From positions 1,632,001-1,696,000 of the forward strand of contig CAWBOS010000010.1 of the NCBI GenBank assembly GCA_963790475.1: a stretch of 64,000 nt of DNA, written 5' to 3'. Source of the DNA: an uncultured delta proteobacterium. GTDB lineage: Bacteria; Desulfobacterota; RBG-13-43-22. The position numbers were made by a program, and so were the translations under genes. A model generated the notes under the pieces. The model ran no database searches. It had not been told where the DNA came from and was given only the letters and a program-made list of their open reading frames with translations. Within the stretch, counting starts at the first letter, position 1. Every line of letters begins with the position of its first letter. Shown in pieces: positions 9,612 through 19,339 of the stretch.

Positions 9612-9881
9612 TCAACTCTCAATACGCTCCAATCCGAAAATGACCGTATTGGTATTATCCGGACATTGGAGTTCTTTTTTAAGATTGATCCAATCATTGG
9701 GAGAGGTCTCACGGCAATAAGCGGTCAGATAAGGAATAAGGGCCGGCAAGGCATACATACAAATCCCTTGGGGTCGGCCCGCTTCGATCATCAACCCGCC
9801 CTTGACATGAAAAAAATCACCGACCTTATAGCCTGCCGAACAATAACCTTTTACCGACTTAACGGTAAGTTTAGCATCCAT
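9612..9881 (-). CDS. TIGR04076 family small Cys protein
   Basis: V.G.C..G.KVGD, .C..A, QCPD...V.F..ER. Upstream of AOR. Confidence 0.8.
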   Translation of the reverse strand: MDAKLTVKSVKGYCSAGYKVGDFFHVKGGLMIEAGRPQGICMYALPALIPYLTAYCRETSPNDWINLKKELQCPDNTNTVIFGLERIES

Positions 9882-9959
9882 AAGCCACCTCCAGTTTAAA
9901 TGACTTTCTTACATACTATTCAGGGGAAAAAAAGAAATCAAGAAATAAAATACCGAAAT

Positions 9960-10023
9960 CCTCCCCTCTCAAAGGAGAGGAAGCTGCCTCTCCCCTCCGA
10001 GGGAGAGGGTTGGAGTGAGGGGG
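9960..10023. repeat. CCTCTCCC...GGGAGAGGGTTGGnGTGAGGG REP-like repeat
   Basis: Short tandem hairpins of a common intergenic repeat type. Confidence 0.55.
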
Positions 10024-10548
10024 AAACGAATATTTCCTGTTTCGTGGCGCCTCAACGAGGTGGTCGGCATTTCCTCAAGTTGCTAACGAAGTATACTATC
10101 TCCGGAATTTCCCCGCCTACAACTACAACCGTTATTCAAAGCCGGGCGGAATGTTGAAACCCCCTGTCAGTTGTTCCTATAGCAACACGGCGAATTGAAT
10201 GGGCGTGTGATCTTCCAGATAAGGCCCAATAGTCTGAACACCTACAGGCAAGCCGGCGAGCATGAAGCCGATGGGGGATAGATCCCTTATTTTTGATGTC
10301 TCTCAATGGGATCTCAAACTGTTGTCTCGGTCCGACCCAATGCCATTAACTTAAGGATAAGCACTTTAATTACAATAAGTTATCTTATTTTCTGACTTAC
10401 CCATCACTTCCCCTTTTTCCCTCAATCCTTTTTGTTTTCTCTGGATTCCCCGATTTTTTTCTTGACAAATGTCAGTTTATATAATTAGTATTACTGTAAT
10501 AACAACTTACTTGACTATCAATTCCTTATCCCTTAGGAGGCTCTTTCC

Positions 10549-10914
10549 ATGAAAAAAGAGGATCTTAAAGAAGTCCTTCTTCAAGTCATTGAACTTCAGC
10601 TTGATTATCAGTTACGGGCTATTCGCCAGCTTCAAGGAAAACCGGAGATTGAACCTGTCATTTCTCCTCGAAAGGGAAGAAGACGTCAGTCTCTTGTCGA
10701 TTTATCCATTAATTTACTTACTGAAAATAGGAAACCCTTACATGTCAATGATCTCGTCCAACTTCTCCAACAACGTTTCGGACGTCTCACCGACCGGGAC
10801 ACCTTGTCCAGTGCCTTGGCCAAAAAGGCTCGCCAGGGCATTCTGCTTAAACAGACCGCTCCGGCCACATTTTCTCTCATCAAAGGAAAGGAGAAAACCC
10901 ATGTCAAAACCTGA
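10549..10914 (+). CDS. Winged-HTH (HARE-HTH-like) passenger protein inside IS4
   Basis: AGGAGG RBS. LL.E..KPLHV..LV......GR..DR.TL.SAL...APATF pattern. Confidence 0.65.
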   Translation: MKKEDLKEVLLQVIELQLDYQLRAIRQLQGKPEIEPVISPRKGRRRQSLVDLSINLLTENRKPLHVNDLVQLLQQRFGRLTDRDTLSSALAKKARQGILLKQTAPATFSLIKGKEKTHVKT

Positions 10915-12263
10915 TCTACGATTGCTTACTCAATGGCTCGATCCAGCTCTGGTGTCCAGGCTGGAAGACCGACGGTATCTGAAAAATGAATGGCGCCGTC
11001 ATCGCAAATTGGCCACCCTGGAAACGCTCTGGCTGATGTTGGCTGTGTCGTTGGATACCCATCGTTCCAGCCTCCACGAGATCCTCCGCTTGGCTACGGG
11101 ACATCTCGGACATCAAATGGTCTATTTCCGTGGCCGCTTTCTGCAAAGCCCGGGCCCGTTTTTCCCCTGGAGGCTTTATCCTGGGTTTATGGCGTCTCTG
11201 GTCTCCCGACTGCAAAATGCCTGCAAGGACCAACACCGTCGTTGGCATGGGTTGCGCCTGCTGGCCAGCGACAAGACCACTCTCGCCTTACCCGAATCAA
11301 CATCCCTTTACCAATGTTTCGGTGCCCACAAAGGCCAGCAGGGATTGGGGCCGATTGCCGTCGAACTTTGTTGCCTCTTTGATCTGATCAGTCGTGCTCC
11401 CCTTCGATTCGTCTTCGACAAAATCTGTACCTCGGAGCACAAGCTCATCCGCAAATTCATCCAATACCTTAAAAAGGGGGATCTGCTTCTGTTGGACAAC
11501 GGCTTTTACAACCACGCCACTTTCAACAAAATCCTCTCTCGGCAGGCCCACTTCATCATTCCCACTAAGACGACTAACCGTCCCCAAGTAATCCAAGCCC
11601 TCGGCCCAGGAGATTATCTTTGCCAGATCACCGACTCCACCGATAAAACCACTCTTACCGTCCGGGTTGTTTTTGTTTATCGAAACGGCTTTCGCCGGCG
11701 CCGTCTGGTCACCTCTCTTTTAGACCCCTTCCTTTTCCCCGTTTCAGAACTGGCCAATCTCTACCACCTGCGTTGGGACATCGAGACCTTCTATCGCGAT
11801 TTTAAGCACACCCTGAAAGCCACTTCCTGGCATTGTAAATCTCCCACCTCTTTTCATCAGGAACTCCTGGTGCACATGATTGCCCTGTGCCTCATCCGCC
11901 TGGCCATGCTCGAAGCCAGTTGTTTGGCCAACCTCACCGTCGCTCAACTTAGCTTTTCCCGTGCGCTCACGGAGACCCGTTTATTTTTAAAACTTTTATT
12001 GTCTACGGCCGAGGTTTTACTCTGGTCTTCCCTCTACGCAGCCTTTGTGCTATGTTGCTCTCGTCATCGTGTCCAATGCAAACCAGACCGGCACTTTCCC
12101 CGTGACCGACAGCATATATCGAAAAAAAAGCCGTGGCGTCGTCGAGAAACGCCGTCCAGGACGAAGACGTAATCCTGCACGTATGTATACCTCAAATCCG
12201 GATATTGTTATTAAATCCGAAACCATAAAGGATAGTAAAGACAGAGTTTTTCTCTTAAGTTAA
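10901..12263 (+). pseudogene. IS4-family DDE transposase with several frameshifts
   Basis: LASDKT, LLLDNGF and Y..RW.IE..RD.K motifs. The conserved AFCKARARF motif and the C-terminal ...FLLS* (stop within the TIR) lie in other frames. Confidence 0.8.
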
Positions 12264-12290
12264 CGGCATTAGGTCCGACCCCAATTTCAT

Positions 12291-13607
12291 CTACCCTCCG
12301 TTTATAGAAGAAATATATTTTTTGATCGATCGACATATTATTTCTATGGTCTCGATGAATTTCGATTCATCCGATTCCAAAAGAGTGAATCGAAAACCAT
12401 TGTAGGTAGAGTTAAAACCTGACATAAGCGGCACAACACAGATGCCTGTTGAGGCCAAAAGGTTATAGGCAAACCTTCTATCAAGCACCTTTTCCTTCGT
12501 AATAATGTCTTCAAAAAAATTCCTTACCTCATCATTTTCAATGGCAAGCGCCTCTGTATTGGTAAGCACTCCATCCTTGAATATCACACTCATGTAAAAC
12601 GCTCCATGGGGCATATTCACGACAAGTTCAGGAATTTTTGAGAAATGATCATAGGCGATCTCTGCCCGTTTCTTGTACTGTCCGCAACGCTTTTCAACAT
12701 AGGGATAGTAACGAGGGTCGCTCATAATGGTCGGAATCACACTCTGTGGAAGGGTCGTTGAACAAACCTCAAGCATCTTTGAATCGATAAGCGCCTTGGT
12801 ATAGGCCTTGAAATCCTGGTCTTTGTCTCTGTTATAGAACTCTATCCAGCCGCATCTCGCCCCAGGCCAGGGGAACTCCTTGGAAATGCCGCGCATACCT
12901 ATTCCGGGCACGTCTTCGATAACGGCGGCAAGCTTTTTATATTCAACGTCTCCATAGGTTAGATTGGAATAGATTTCATCCGAAACGACAAAGAGATTAT
13001 ACTTGCGTGCCAGGTTAATAATTTGCTTCATAACATCAACTTCATATACAAATCCGGTAGGATTGTCAGGATTGATGATAAGAATGCCTGAGATCTCGGG
13101 ATGCCCCTTGATCTTTTGTTCCATTTCATTAAGATCAGGCTGCCACCCATTATAGGGATTGAGCGCATAAGTAATGTAAGGCGCATCAGCATGCGCTGCT
13201 TCGGCAGACGAATGTGTCGGATAGGCGGGATTGGGGCCTATAATTCTCGTATTGCGGTTGAGATTCCTGTATATCATCGAGATAGCATCACCAAGTCCGT
13301 TAAAGAAAAGAATGTCATCCGGGGTGATTTGAATCCCTCCTTCAATATTTCGCTCATAGGCGATATATTCCCGCGCCTTCAGGAGTCCCTTGCTTGGAGA
13401 ATACCCATAGGTTGCATTCTCCGATACCGCATCGATAACATGTTTTTTTATCCAATCCGGCACCTCCTCGCCCTTCTCAACCGGGTCACCAATGTTCTCC
13501 CAAACGATTGGCACACCCATTTGCTGCACCTTTTGCGCGAGCGCAACAATTTCACGGATTTCGTATACCAGATTTTCCGCCCCGGGATGAACGATATTAT
13601 TCCTCAT
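12291..13607 (-). CDS. PLP-dependent aminotransferase class I/II (AlaA-like)
   Basis: NIGDP, INPDNPTG, SDEIY, SKE..WPGARCGW. Confidence 0.9.
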   Translation of the reverse strand: MRNNIVHPGAENLVYEIREIVALAQKVQQMGVPIVWENIGDPVEKGEEVPDWIKKHVIDAVSENATYGYSPSKGLLKAREYIAYERNIEGGIQITPDDILFFNGLGDAISMIYRNLNRNTRIIGPNPAYPTHSSAEAAHADAPYITYALNPYNGWQPDLNEMEQKIKGHPEISGILIINPDNPTGFVYEVDVMKQIINLARKYNLFVVSDEIYSNLTYGDVEYKKLAAVIEDVPGIGMRGISKEFPWPGARCGWIEFYNRDKDQDFKAYTKALIDSKMLEVCSTTLPQSVIPTIMSDPRYYPYVEKRCGQYKKRAEIAYDHFSKIPELVVNMPHGAFYMSVIFKDGVLTNTEALAIENDEVRNFFEDIITKEKVLDRRFAYNLLASTGICVVPLMSGFNSTYNGFRFTLLESDESKFIETIEIICRSIKKYISSINGG

Positions 13608-13657
13608 ATTTCTCCTCTAATATCCATTGACGTCACTATAAGAACCTATGAACAGTC

Positions 13658-13765
13658 TGGGGTCGGCCACGAAAACCTGTTGATTATTCATAATTAATGT
13701 TCCGGAAAAAGGTAGAAATGATACTATTTTCTTTAAGATTAAAAAGTTCTCGTGGCCCGACCCCA
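13658..13765. repeat. MITE-like inverted pair of the CGTGGYCCGACCCC motif
   Basis: TGGGGTCGGCCACGAAAAC (13658-13676) and GTTCTCGTGGCCCGACCCCA (13746-13765) around an AT-rich core. Confidence 0.6.
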
Positions 13766-13878
13766 ATTTACAAAAACCGCGACATAAACCTTTTTTAAGG
13801 GCCAGAATTTACAATAACATTCATCATATCATAAAGTCCGCGTGGTCAGCCCCCCATAACATTAAATGTAACCTGGAA

Positions 13879-15006
13879 TCAACCAAATAATGGAGGCAAT
13901 GACTCAACCGGCACATGGTCTCTGGTTTTTTTCAGGGTAATGGCATCCGACGGGCAATTGGCGGCACACACGCCGCAACCAAGGCAATAATCCAGATTAA
14001 TGGCCATTGCAGTTTGGCCGGCCTCCTCCTTGGATTTAATCACTTCCATGGGGCACATCTCTACGCAGGTTCCGCAGAGAGAGCAAAGGTCGTCATCGAT
14101 CACCGGCGTAAAGTTGGTGTTTGCCGCTCTCCCCTTGTATCTCATATCTTTGATGGCGATTAATGCCCCGCAACAGCATGAGCAGCAGTTACATATAAAG
14201 GTTGCCGGCGCCTGCATATTCTGGGTTGAATGTACCAATCCGGCCCGTGAAGCCTTTTTCAACAATTCCATCATCTCATCAAAATTCAGCTTCCGTCCGA
14301 TACCCGCTTCAATCGCCTTCTCCGCAGCCTCCCCGGCACCCAAGCAGAAATTTTCTTCGGTCCGTTTACAGGGTTCTCCTGCTAATTTTGCCGCTGTTCG
14401 GCAGGAGCATTGAACCACGGAAAAAATGTCATATTTTGAAAGGTATTCTCCAAGAACTTCAAAAGGCAGGATTTGATGCTCCACTTTTAGGGTTTTATTT
14501 ATTTCAATGGTTTTTTGTGTAGGCTCCACTGCGGGCACAAAACGCCATCCCGCCTCTGGGTTGAAATTAGAAGGTTCTTTGATAGGTAATTCCAATCCCG
14601 GCGTAAAGGCCACTTTTAGCAGGCGGCGATGAGCTTCGGCAGCCAGCTTCATTCTTTCAGGGTCATCTTTTTCAAAAGTAAAATAGCTTTCAAAAACTCC
14701 CGGCAGGTAAGCGGAAATAAAAACATTTTCTTCTCTGTCAGAGGGGATTTTGCCTTTCATCACCATATCCATCCACAAAGCCCCGGCTTCTTCAATGGAT
14801 CTTCCAGCCAACTCCGCTGCTTTTTTGAGCGGCACTTTCTCCCAGGTTTTATTTAGACAACCGGTCAGAAATTCGGCTTCTTCCTCGGAATACATATTCC
14901 GCAACAGTTTGTCCGTTAATGGATGTTTCGGCAAAGGGGCAAAGCCTGGAACACTTGGGCTCAGCAATTGCCGCAGCTTTTCGTACGTCTCCTCTGTATT
15001 TGCCAT
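13879..15006 (-). CDS. 4Fe-4S dicluster-domain protein
   Basis: CSCR, ICNCCSCCCG and two C-terminal CxxCxxCxxxCP motifs. Confidence 0.88.
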   Translation of the reverse strand: MANTEETYEKLRQLLSPSVPGFAPLPKHPLTDKLLRNMYSEEEAEFLTGCLNKTWEKVPLKKAAELAGRSIEEAGALWMDMVMKGKIPSDREENVFISAYLPGVFESYFTFEKDDPERMKLAAEAHRRLLKVAFTPGLELPIKEPSNFNPEAGWRFVPAVEPTQKTIEINKTLKVEHQILPFEVLGEYLSKYDIFSVVQCSCRTAAKLAGEPCKRTEENFCLGAGEAAEKAIEAGIGRKLNFDEMMELLKKASRAGLVHSTQNMQAPATFICNCCSCCCGALIAIKDMRYKGRAANTNFTPVIDDDLCSLCGTCVEMCPMEVIKSKEEAGQTAMAINLDYCLGCGVCAANCPSDAITLKKTRDHVPVESLPPLFG

Positions 15007-15177
15007 TTCAGTCTCCTTCCCGGGTTATCGAGCCCTTTTTAATGTTTTATCAGCAATAAGTTCTTCTGGGGCCAGCCCAAGCCGACCCCCAATTAAACTC
15101 TTCTCACCCAACAGTTATTCTAAAGTTTTCCGTATATCTCCCCATCCGAAGAGGGTCTTTAGGGTTATAGTTAATAG

Positions 15178-15558
15178 CTAGAACATCGCGAAAACATGCG
15201 GACCGAAGATAATAAGCCCAATTATGACGGCACCGATGGCGGAAATCAATACAGCTCCCGCAGCTACATCTTTGGCTTTTCCGGCCAGGGGATGAAAATC
15301 AGGAGAAGCCACGTCGGTAAGAATCTCGAAGGCCGTATTCAGAGCTTCAGCAGTCCAAACGGCAACAATCGCCAGAACAATCCAGCACCATTCGGATTTC
15401 GCAAGGGTGAAATAGAAACCTAGGGCGGTAACCACGACCGTAGCAAAAGCGTGAACCCAGGCATTGTGCTGAGAAGCGAGCATGACAACTACGCCTTTAA
15501 TCGCACACCGAATACTTCTTAGCCTGCCTGAAAATGTAAGATTCGTGTTGTTATTCAT
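15178..15558 (-). CDS. dgkA: Diacylglycerol/undecaprenol kinase family
   Basis: AEALNTAFE..D...P..HPLAGKAKDVAAGAVL. Confidence 0.9.
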   Translation of the reverse strand: MNNNTNLTFSGRLRSIRCAIKGVVVMLASQHNAWVHAFATVVVTALGFYFTLAKSEWCWIVLAIVAVWTAEALNTAFEILTDVASPDFHPLAGKAKDVAAGAVLISAIGAVIIGLIIFGPHVFAMF

Positions 15559-15888
15559 CGATTTGGTAGATGGTCATCCCTGGGGGAGCGGGATCAGGTC
15601 TATAATGTTTCACTTTTTCTATCCTTCTATCGTTTAGACTTCTGAAGAGATTTGTAAAGTAAAATTCCAGACAGTCTGTAAGTTATTGGCTAACGGCATC
15701 GCTGTTCTTCTTAAACCCATCTTTGGGGGAGGTTAAAAGATCGGTTTAAGGCCTTTCTAATCCCTTATTTTTATATCTTTCATTGGAATTTCAATCTCTT
15801 GTCCGACCCCAATTAAAAATTAAAATGGACCAATTAAAACAATTAAACAATGAAAACAAGAATGAAGCCTCAATGGTCTATAGAAGGA

Positions 15889-16437
15889 TCAGTGCCGGGC
15901 CGATAATCTGCTGGCCACCAGGCGTGCTAATTCTAGAAGCGCACTGACCGTCTCCGCTTCATCATCATCCCATGAGAGCGTCACCTGATAAGGCCCTTGA
16001 TAAAAATTCATGAAACCGTCTTCCAGCAGGGCCGCCATGCCGATCGATACCTTTTTGCCTTGTTTCCCCATCTTCTGTTTAAAGACACCCGCAGCGCCTT
16101 TCTCAGATGTCATTTGATAGATCTCCAGATTCATCAGTTTCCCGGCCTTATTGCGATAGGTCGCCATTATGGCCTGTTTGAATCCTGCTTTAATATAGAT
16201 CTCGGCACCACCGTTGATAAGTTTATACAGTTTAGTTCCCACTGCTGTTTGGGGCGTGTCGTCCAATTGCCATCCCTGCAGTTGAGACTTGGAGGGAAGC
16301 AAGTCGAACAGGACCTTGGCCCCCCTGGGATCTTCTGCCTGGCTGAAAACCGGAACCAAAAACAACCAGAGAAAGACGCCTAAGATCATGCCCACGGAGC
16401 TGGAATACACCAGTTTATGCCTCATTTTATGCCTCAT
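15889..16437 (-). CDS. Exported protein, DUF6599-like
   Basis: Signal peptide, LY..INGGAEIY...GF, LEIYQM.S...A.GVF. Confidence 0.65.
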   Translation of the reverse strand: MRHKMRHKLVYSSSVGMILGVFLWLFLVPVFSQAEDPRGAKVLFDLLPSKSQLQGWQLDDTPQTAVGTKLYKLINGGAEIYIKAGFKQAIMATYRNKAGKLMNLEIYQMTSEKGAAGVFKQKMGKQGKKVSIGMAALLEDGFMNFYQGPYQVTLSWDDDEAETVSALLELARLVASRLSARH

Positions 16438-16487
16438 TTATATATCGAAGTCTTCCGTTCCTTAAGCCTGATGGCTCAATCGATGTA

Positions 16488-17432
16488 CTAGGCAATCGCT
16501 TTGATTCGCAATTTATCAAGGTCCATTTCGCCGAGACCGTGCCGATAGGCATTGCCAATCATCAGAATCTCTTTCGGGTGACGGCCAAGGAACCGGCAAC
16601 AAAAGGCGTCCAAACTCACCCGATTCAGTGATGCCGCTATGATATCGGCCCTTCCCAACTTGCCCGGCCCGGAAGGGCCATTCTCGGTTAAAAACTCGGT
16701 GGCATCAGAGATGCAAAGATCCGGCTTGCACACGAGATTGAGGTCGGCGATGCATTGTGAAAGATGTTCGACATCGCCCATTGAACTAACCTTCTTGAGG
16801 GACCCGATATGGAAACGGATATTGGTGGAAAAAGGGCACAACCCCATCATGTTCTTCAAGGTTCCGGTAATATGCACGCCGCGATGCTGCTTGGTTTTAG
16901 CGATGTTGATAAAGACATCGCAGGTCAACAATTCCTTGCTCACCCTGGCCTGCTTGAGCAAGATTCCGCCGGGGATATCCCTTGGGACATGATCACCGCT
17001 TTCAGGCTTCAGGCTCTTAATGGCGGCAGCATATTTCCCTGCCAAAGCCGATCGTTCCCAGTAATTTTTATGCGGGTTTTTTAAGTAGCAAATCTCCTTT
17101 GCGCCGGCATCGAGGCACATTTGCATAACGGCCAAGGCAATATCCGGGTTGACCGACGCCCCGAAGTGCTTAAAGGGCGAATTCACCAAAAGCCCCACGC
17201 GATCCCCTCGGCGTACAAACGACGCTATTCCGCCCAATGGTTCCACAGCGCGAAGCGTATTGGCAAAGTAATCTCTGCCTTTCACGGCAACAACATCCGG
17301 TTTTAACGTTTGCCCAAGCGCCCCCGTCGGGGTGATTCCCATAAGACGCCAAAAGACGTCATCGCCCACCAGGGTCCCGGCGCCCAAAAGGGCGGCCTTT
17401 CTCAGAAAAGATCGACGACTTATTTTTTTCAC
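16488..17432 (-). CDS. Tat-exported DUF362 Fe-S protein
   Basis: SRRSFL Tat motif, K.K.H....TGTLKNMMG, NGP.GPG. Confidence 0.85.
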   Translation of the reverse strand: MKKISRRSFLRKAALLGAGTLVGDDVFWRLMGITPTGALGQTLKPDVVAVKGRDYFANTLRAVEPLGGIASFVRRGDRVGLLVNSPFKHFGASVNPDIALAVMQMCLDAGAKEICYLKNPHKNYWERSALAGKYAAAIKSLKPESGDHVPRDIPGGILLKQARVSKELLTCDVFINIAKTKQHRGVHITGTLKNMMGLCPFSTNIRFHIGSLKKVSSMGDVEHLSQCIADLNLVCKPDLCISDATEFLTENGPSGPGKLGRADIIAASLNRVSLDAFCCRFLGRHPKEILMIGNAYRHGLGEMDLDKLRIKAIA

Positions 17433-17481
17433 GGGTCTGGTCCTCAGTTATTATTAAAAAAACCCTTTTTGCGGTACAAAC

Positions 17482-17545
17482 CACTAACACAAGCGTCACC
17501 CGGAGCCGGCTGTTTCGGCGATCGGGTGCACGCGTTTGGTTAGCG
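17482..17545 (-). other. attC site (64 bp)
   Basis: Minus strand CGCTAAC...GCGTGCACCCG...CGGGTGACGC...GTTAGTG. The stop codon of the upstream gene overlaps R''. Confidence 0.85.
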
Positions 17546-18085
17546 GGTTTTCTCATCTTTACCCGTTCCGTCTACGTTACCTATGCCGTACTTGTGGGGC
17601 TCCATGTGCTTGACTTCCTCGGTATGAGCAAAAAGGATAGACGCCAGCAACGTTGTATTGATTTGAAAGAACGTTTTTATGTTCTTTATGCTGTCCATCG
17701 CATCCCTCGGCGGACTCGTGCTTGTCAGTGTTTTGAGCTGAAGGCATTTATCCCTAATACGCTGGGTCTCGAAATTGATACCTTCGAAAGAATGGGCGAA
17801 GTCGTTCCTGATGTTTTTGATAAGCTTCAGGTCTTCAAATTCACTTTGCTCTAGTAGACCTAAATAATAGGCGAGGTTGATTTTAGCGCTCATTGTGGAA
17901 AGGGGTGACATTCCATCAAATAAATCCCTTTCTACCGACTGGTGGTCAATCAGGAAAGCAAGAAGGAGTCGTTCCAACAGCTCTTCGAGGAGAGCGCTTG
18001 ATACTATCGCCGAAGCCCGGTCAGTTTGCTTAAACACCTCCTCAAAAGTCCGGTTCAATTGATCACCAAAACTACCCTCCGACAT
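17540..18085 (-). CDS. MtlR-family (HEPN-fold) cassette protein
   Basis: DR..AIV.SALLE..L, PLST.SAKI.LAY.LGL, IRNDFAH (RxxxxH). Confidence 0.8.
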   Translation of the reverse strand: MSEGSFGDQLNRTFEEVFKQTDRASAIVSSALLEELLERLLLAFLIDHQSVERDLFDGMSPLSTMSAKINLAYYLGLLEQSEFEDLKLIKNIRNDFAHSFEGINFETQRIRDKCLQLKTLTSTSPPRDAMDSIKNIKTFFQINTTLLASILFAHTEEVKHMEPHKYGIGNVDGTGKDEKTR

Positions 18086-18115
18086 CGCAACCTCTTAATT
18101 GAATGTTTACCGCTG

Positions 18116-18376
18116 CTACCTGTGTGTCCCTTCGGTCAGCCGAATTCCTGTGGCGGTGCCAAGATGGAGTTTTCCTGACCTGTTGGGTGTCCGTTCGATC
18201 TCATATTTTGCTCCGCATTGGCATTGGACTCGGTACTCTGCATCACCCGTTCGGTTTCCCAAAAGTTCACGGCATTCGACGCAAAGCCACGCAGCGTTAT
18301 TGCCCCAAACCAGCGCTACAGAATCCTTGAACGGAAGTCCCTCACGGTTCTTAACAAATGTCCTCGTGGTGTTCAT
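18116..18376 (-). CDS. Small Zn-ribbon-like cassette protein
   Basis: CxxC...CxC. Starts just after the cassette GTTAGCG core and a GGAG RBS. Confidence 0.65.
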   Translation of the reverse strand: MNTTRTFVKNREGLPFKDSVALVWGNNAAWLCVECRELLGNRTGDAEYRVQCQCGAKYEIERTPNRSGKLHLGTATGIRLTEGTHR

Positions 18377-18389
18377 TTCTTCTATTCTC

Positions 18390-18478
18390 CGCTAACGTTC
18401 GGAGTGAGCCGCTTCGGGTTGGCCGCAGAGCGAAGCGGCGCGGCTAACCCGAAGCGGCTCTCGACTCCGTTGTTGGAT
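18390..18478 (-). other. attC site (89 bp)
   Basis: Minus strand ATCCAAC...long imperfect palindrome...GTTAGCG. Confidence 0.9.
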
Positions 18479-19110
18479 CATTTCTTGCCGTCTCTCTTCT
18501 CGATCTGTTCCTTCTTTCCCGGTGGCAGAGAATCATAGAGTGTGTCGATCTGCTTGGGTTGCGTGATCATGGCATCTGCAATGAAGTTGACCAACCTGGC
18601 GAGATGGACGGCGGTCTCGGGGTCGTCGCGCAAGTCAATCTCTCCAGGATGCACAGCGTCATTCCCAACAACGCGGACAATGTCGAGGCTCTTCTGAATG
18701 CGGGGATTAAGGCCCTTCTGGACCAGAGCGGCAATGTCTTGGTTGATGTTCTTGCCCGGCTCGCCAAGGTGAGCACAGAGCTTCTGGATGCAAAGACGGA
18801 GCAGCGCGGCGGCACCACGGGGGGACCGGTTGACAATGTTTCGAGCTTCCTCGAAGTCCCGTCGAATGTCTTCTGGGAGATCTGGATTCGGCATAGGCGC
18901 AGTGGATGAATCCGGGAACACCATGTTGCCTGCCCACCAGATGCTGTACTTAGAGCAGTGGCTACACTGGCACACGTGCAGGCCCTTGACCAATAAATGA
19001 TTACTGGGGATCCAGCACCCGTCGCCCCAGACCTGTCTGGCGTACGGGTTGCAGAAAGGGCAGTTAAAGGATGTTCCTTGGAACTTCGGCGGTGTAAACG
19101 GTTGAGTCAT
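18478..19110 (-). CDS. DUF4145 (HEPN) protein with N-terminal Zn finger
   Basis: CPFC/CSHC, EA......SPR.AAALLR..., R..GNDAVH. Confidence 0.88.
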   Translation of the reverse strand: MTQPFTPPKFQGTSFNCPFCNPYARQVWGDGCWIPSNHLLVKGLHVCQCSHCSKYSIWWAGNMVFPDSSTAPMPNPDLPEDIRRDFEEARNIVNRSPRGAAALLRLCIQKLCAHLGEPGKNINQDIAALVQKGLNPRIQKSLDIVRVVGNDAVHPGEIDLRDDPETAVHLARLVNFIADAMITQPKQIDTLYDSLPPGKKEQIEKRDGKK

Positions 19111-19127
19111 CTATCATTCCTCTCTTG

Positions 19128-19180
19128 ATCCAACGCCTGAGTTAAGCCGCGCCGCGAGGCGTCGGCTTGAACGAAATGTT
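19128..19180 (-). other. attC site, interrupted in R'' (remainder at 21621-21627)
   Basis: Rejoined site reads GCCTAACATTTCGTTCAAGCCGACGCCTCGCGGCGCGGCTTAACTCAGGCGTTGGAT. Confidence 0.9.
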
Positions 19181-19339
19181 CAAGTAAGCCGCTGTGCGGC
19201 AGAACCGTTTCTATGTAATCCTTCCTGAAAAATCTCTTCAGAAGTCCATTCGATAGGACGCATACCGTTTAGTCCAGTATGATACTTCAAACCCCCTCCT
19301 CATAGGAAGGGGAAATCCATCCTTATAAGGAGAAGTATC

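Larger units (their letters stand above)
10338..12271 (+). mobile_element. IS4-family insertion sequence with passenger gene
   Basis: 18-bp TIRs CAATGCCATTAACTTAAG / TAATGCCGTTAACTTAAG (IS4-like). 9-bp target duplication GGTCCGACC at 10329-10337 and 12272-12280. Confidence 0.92.
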
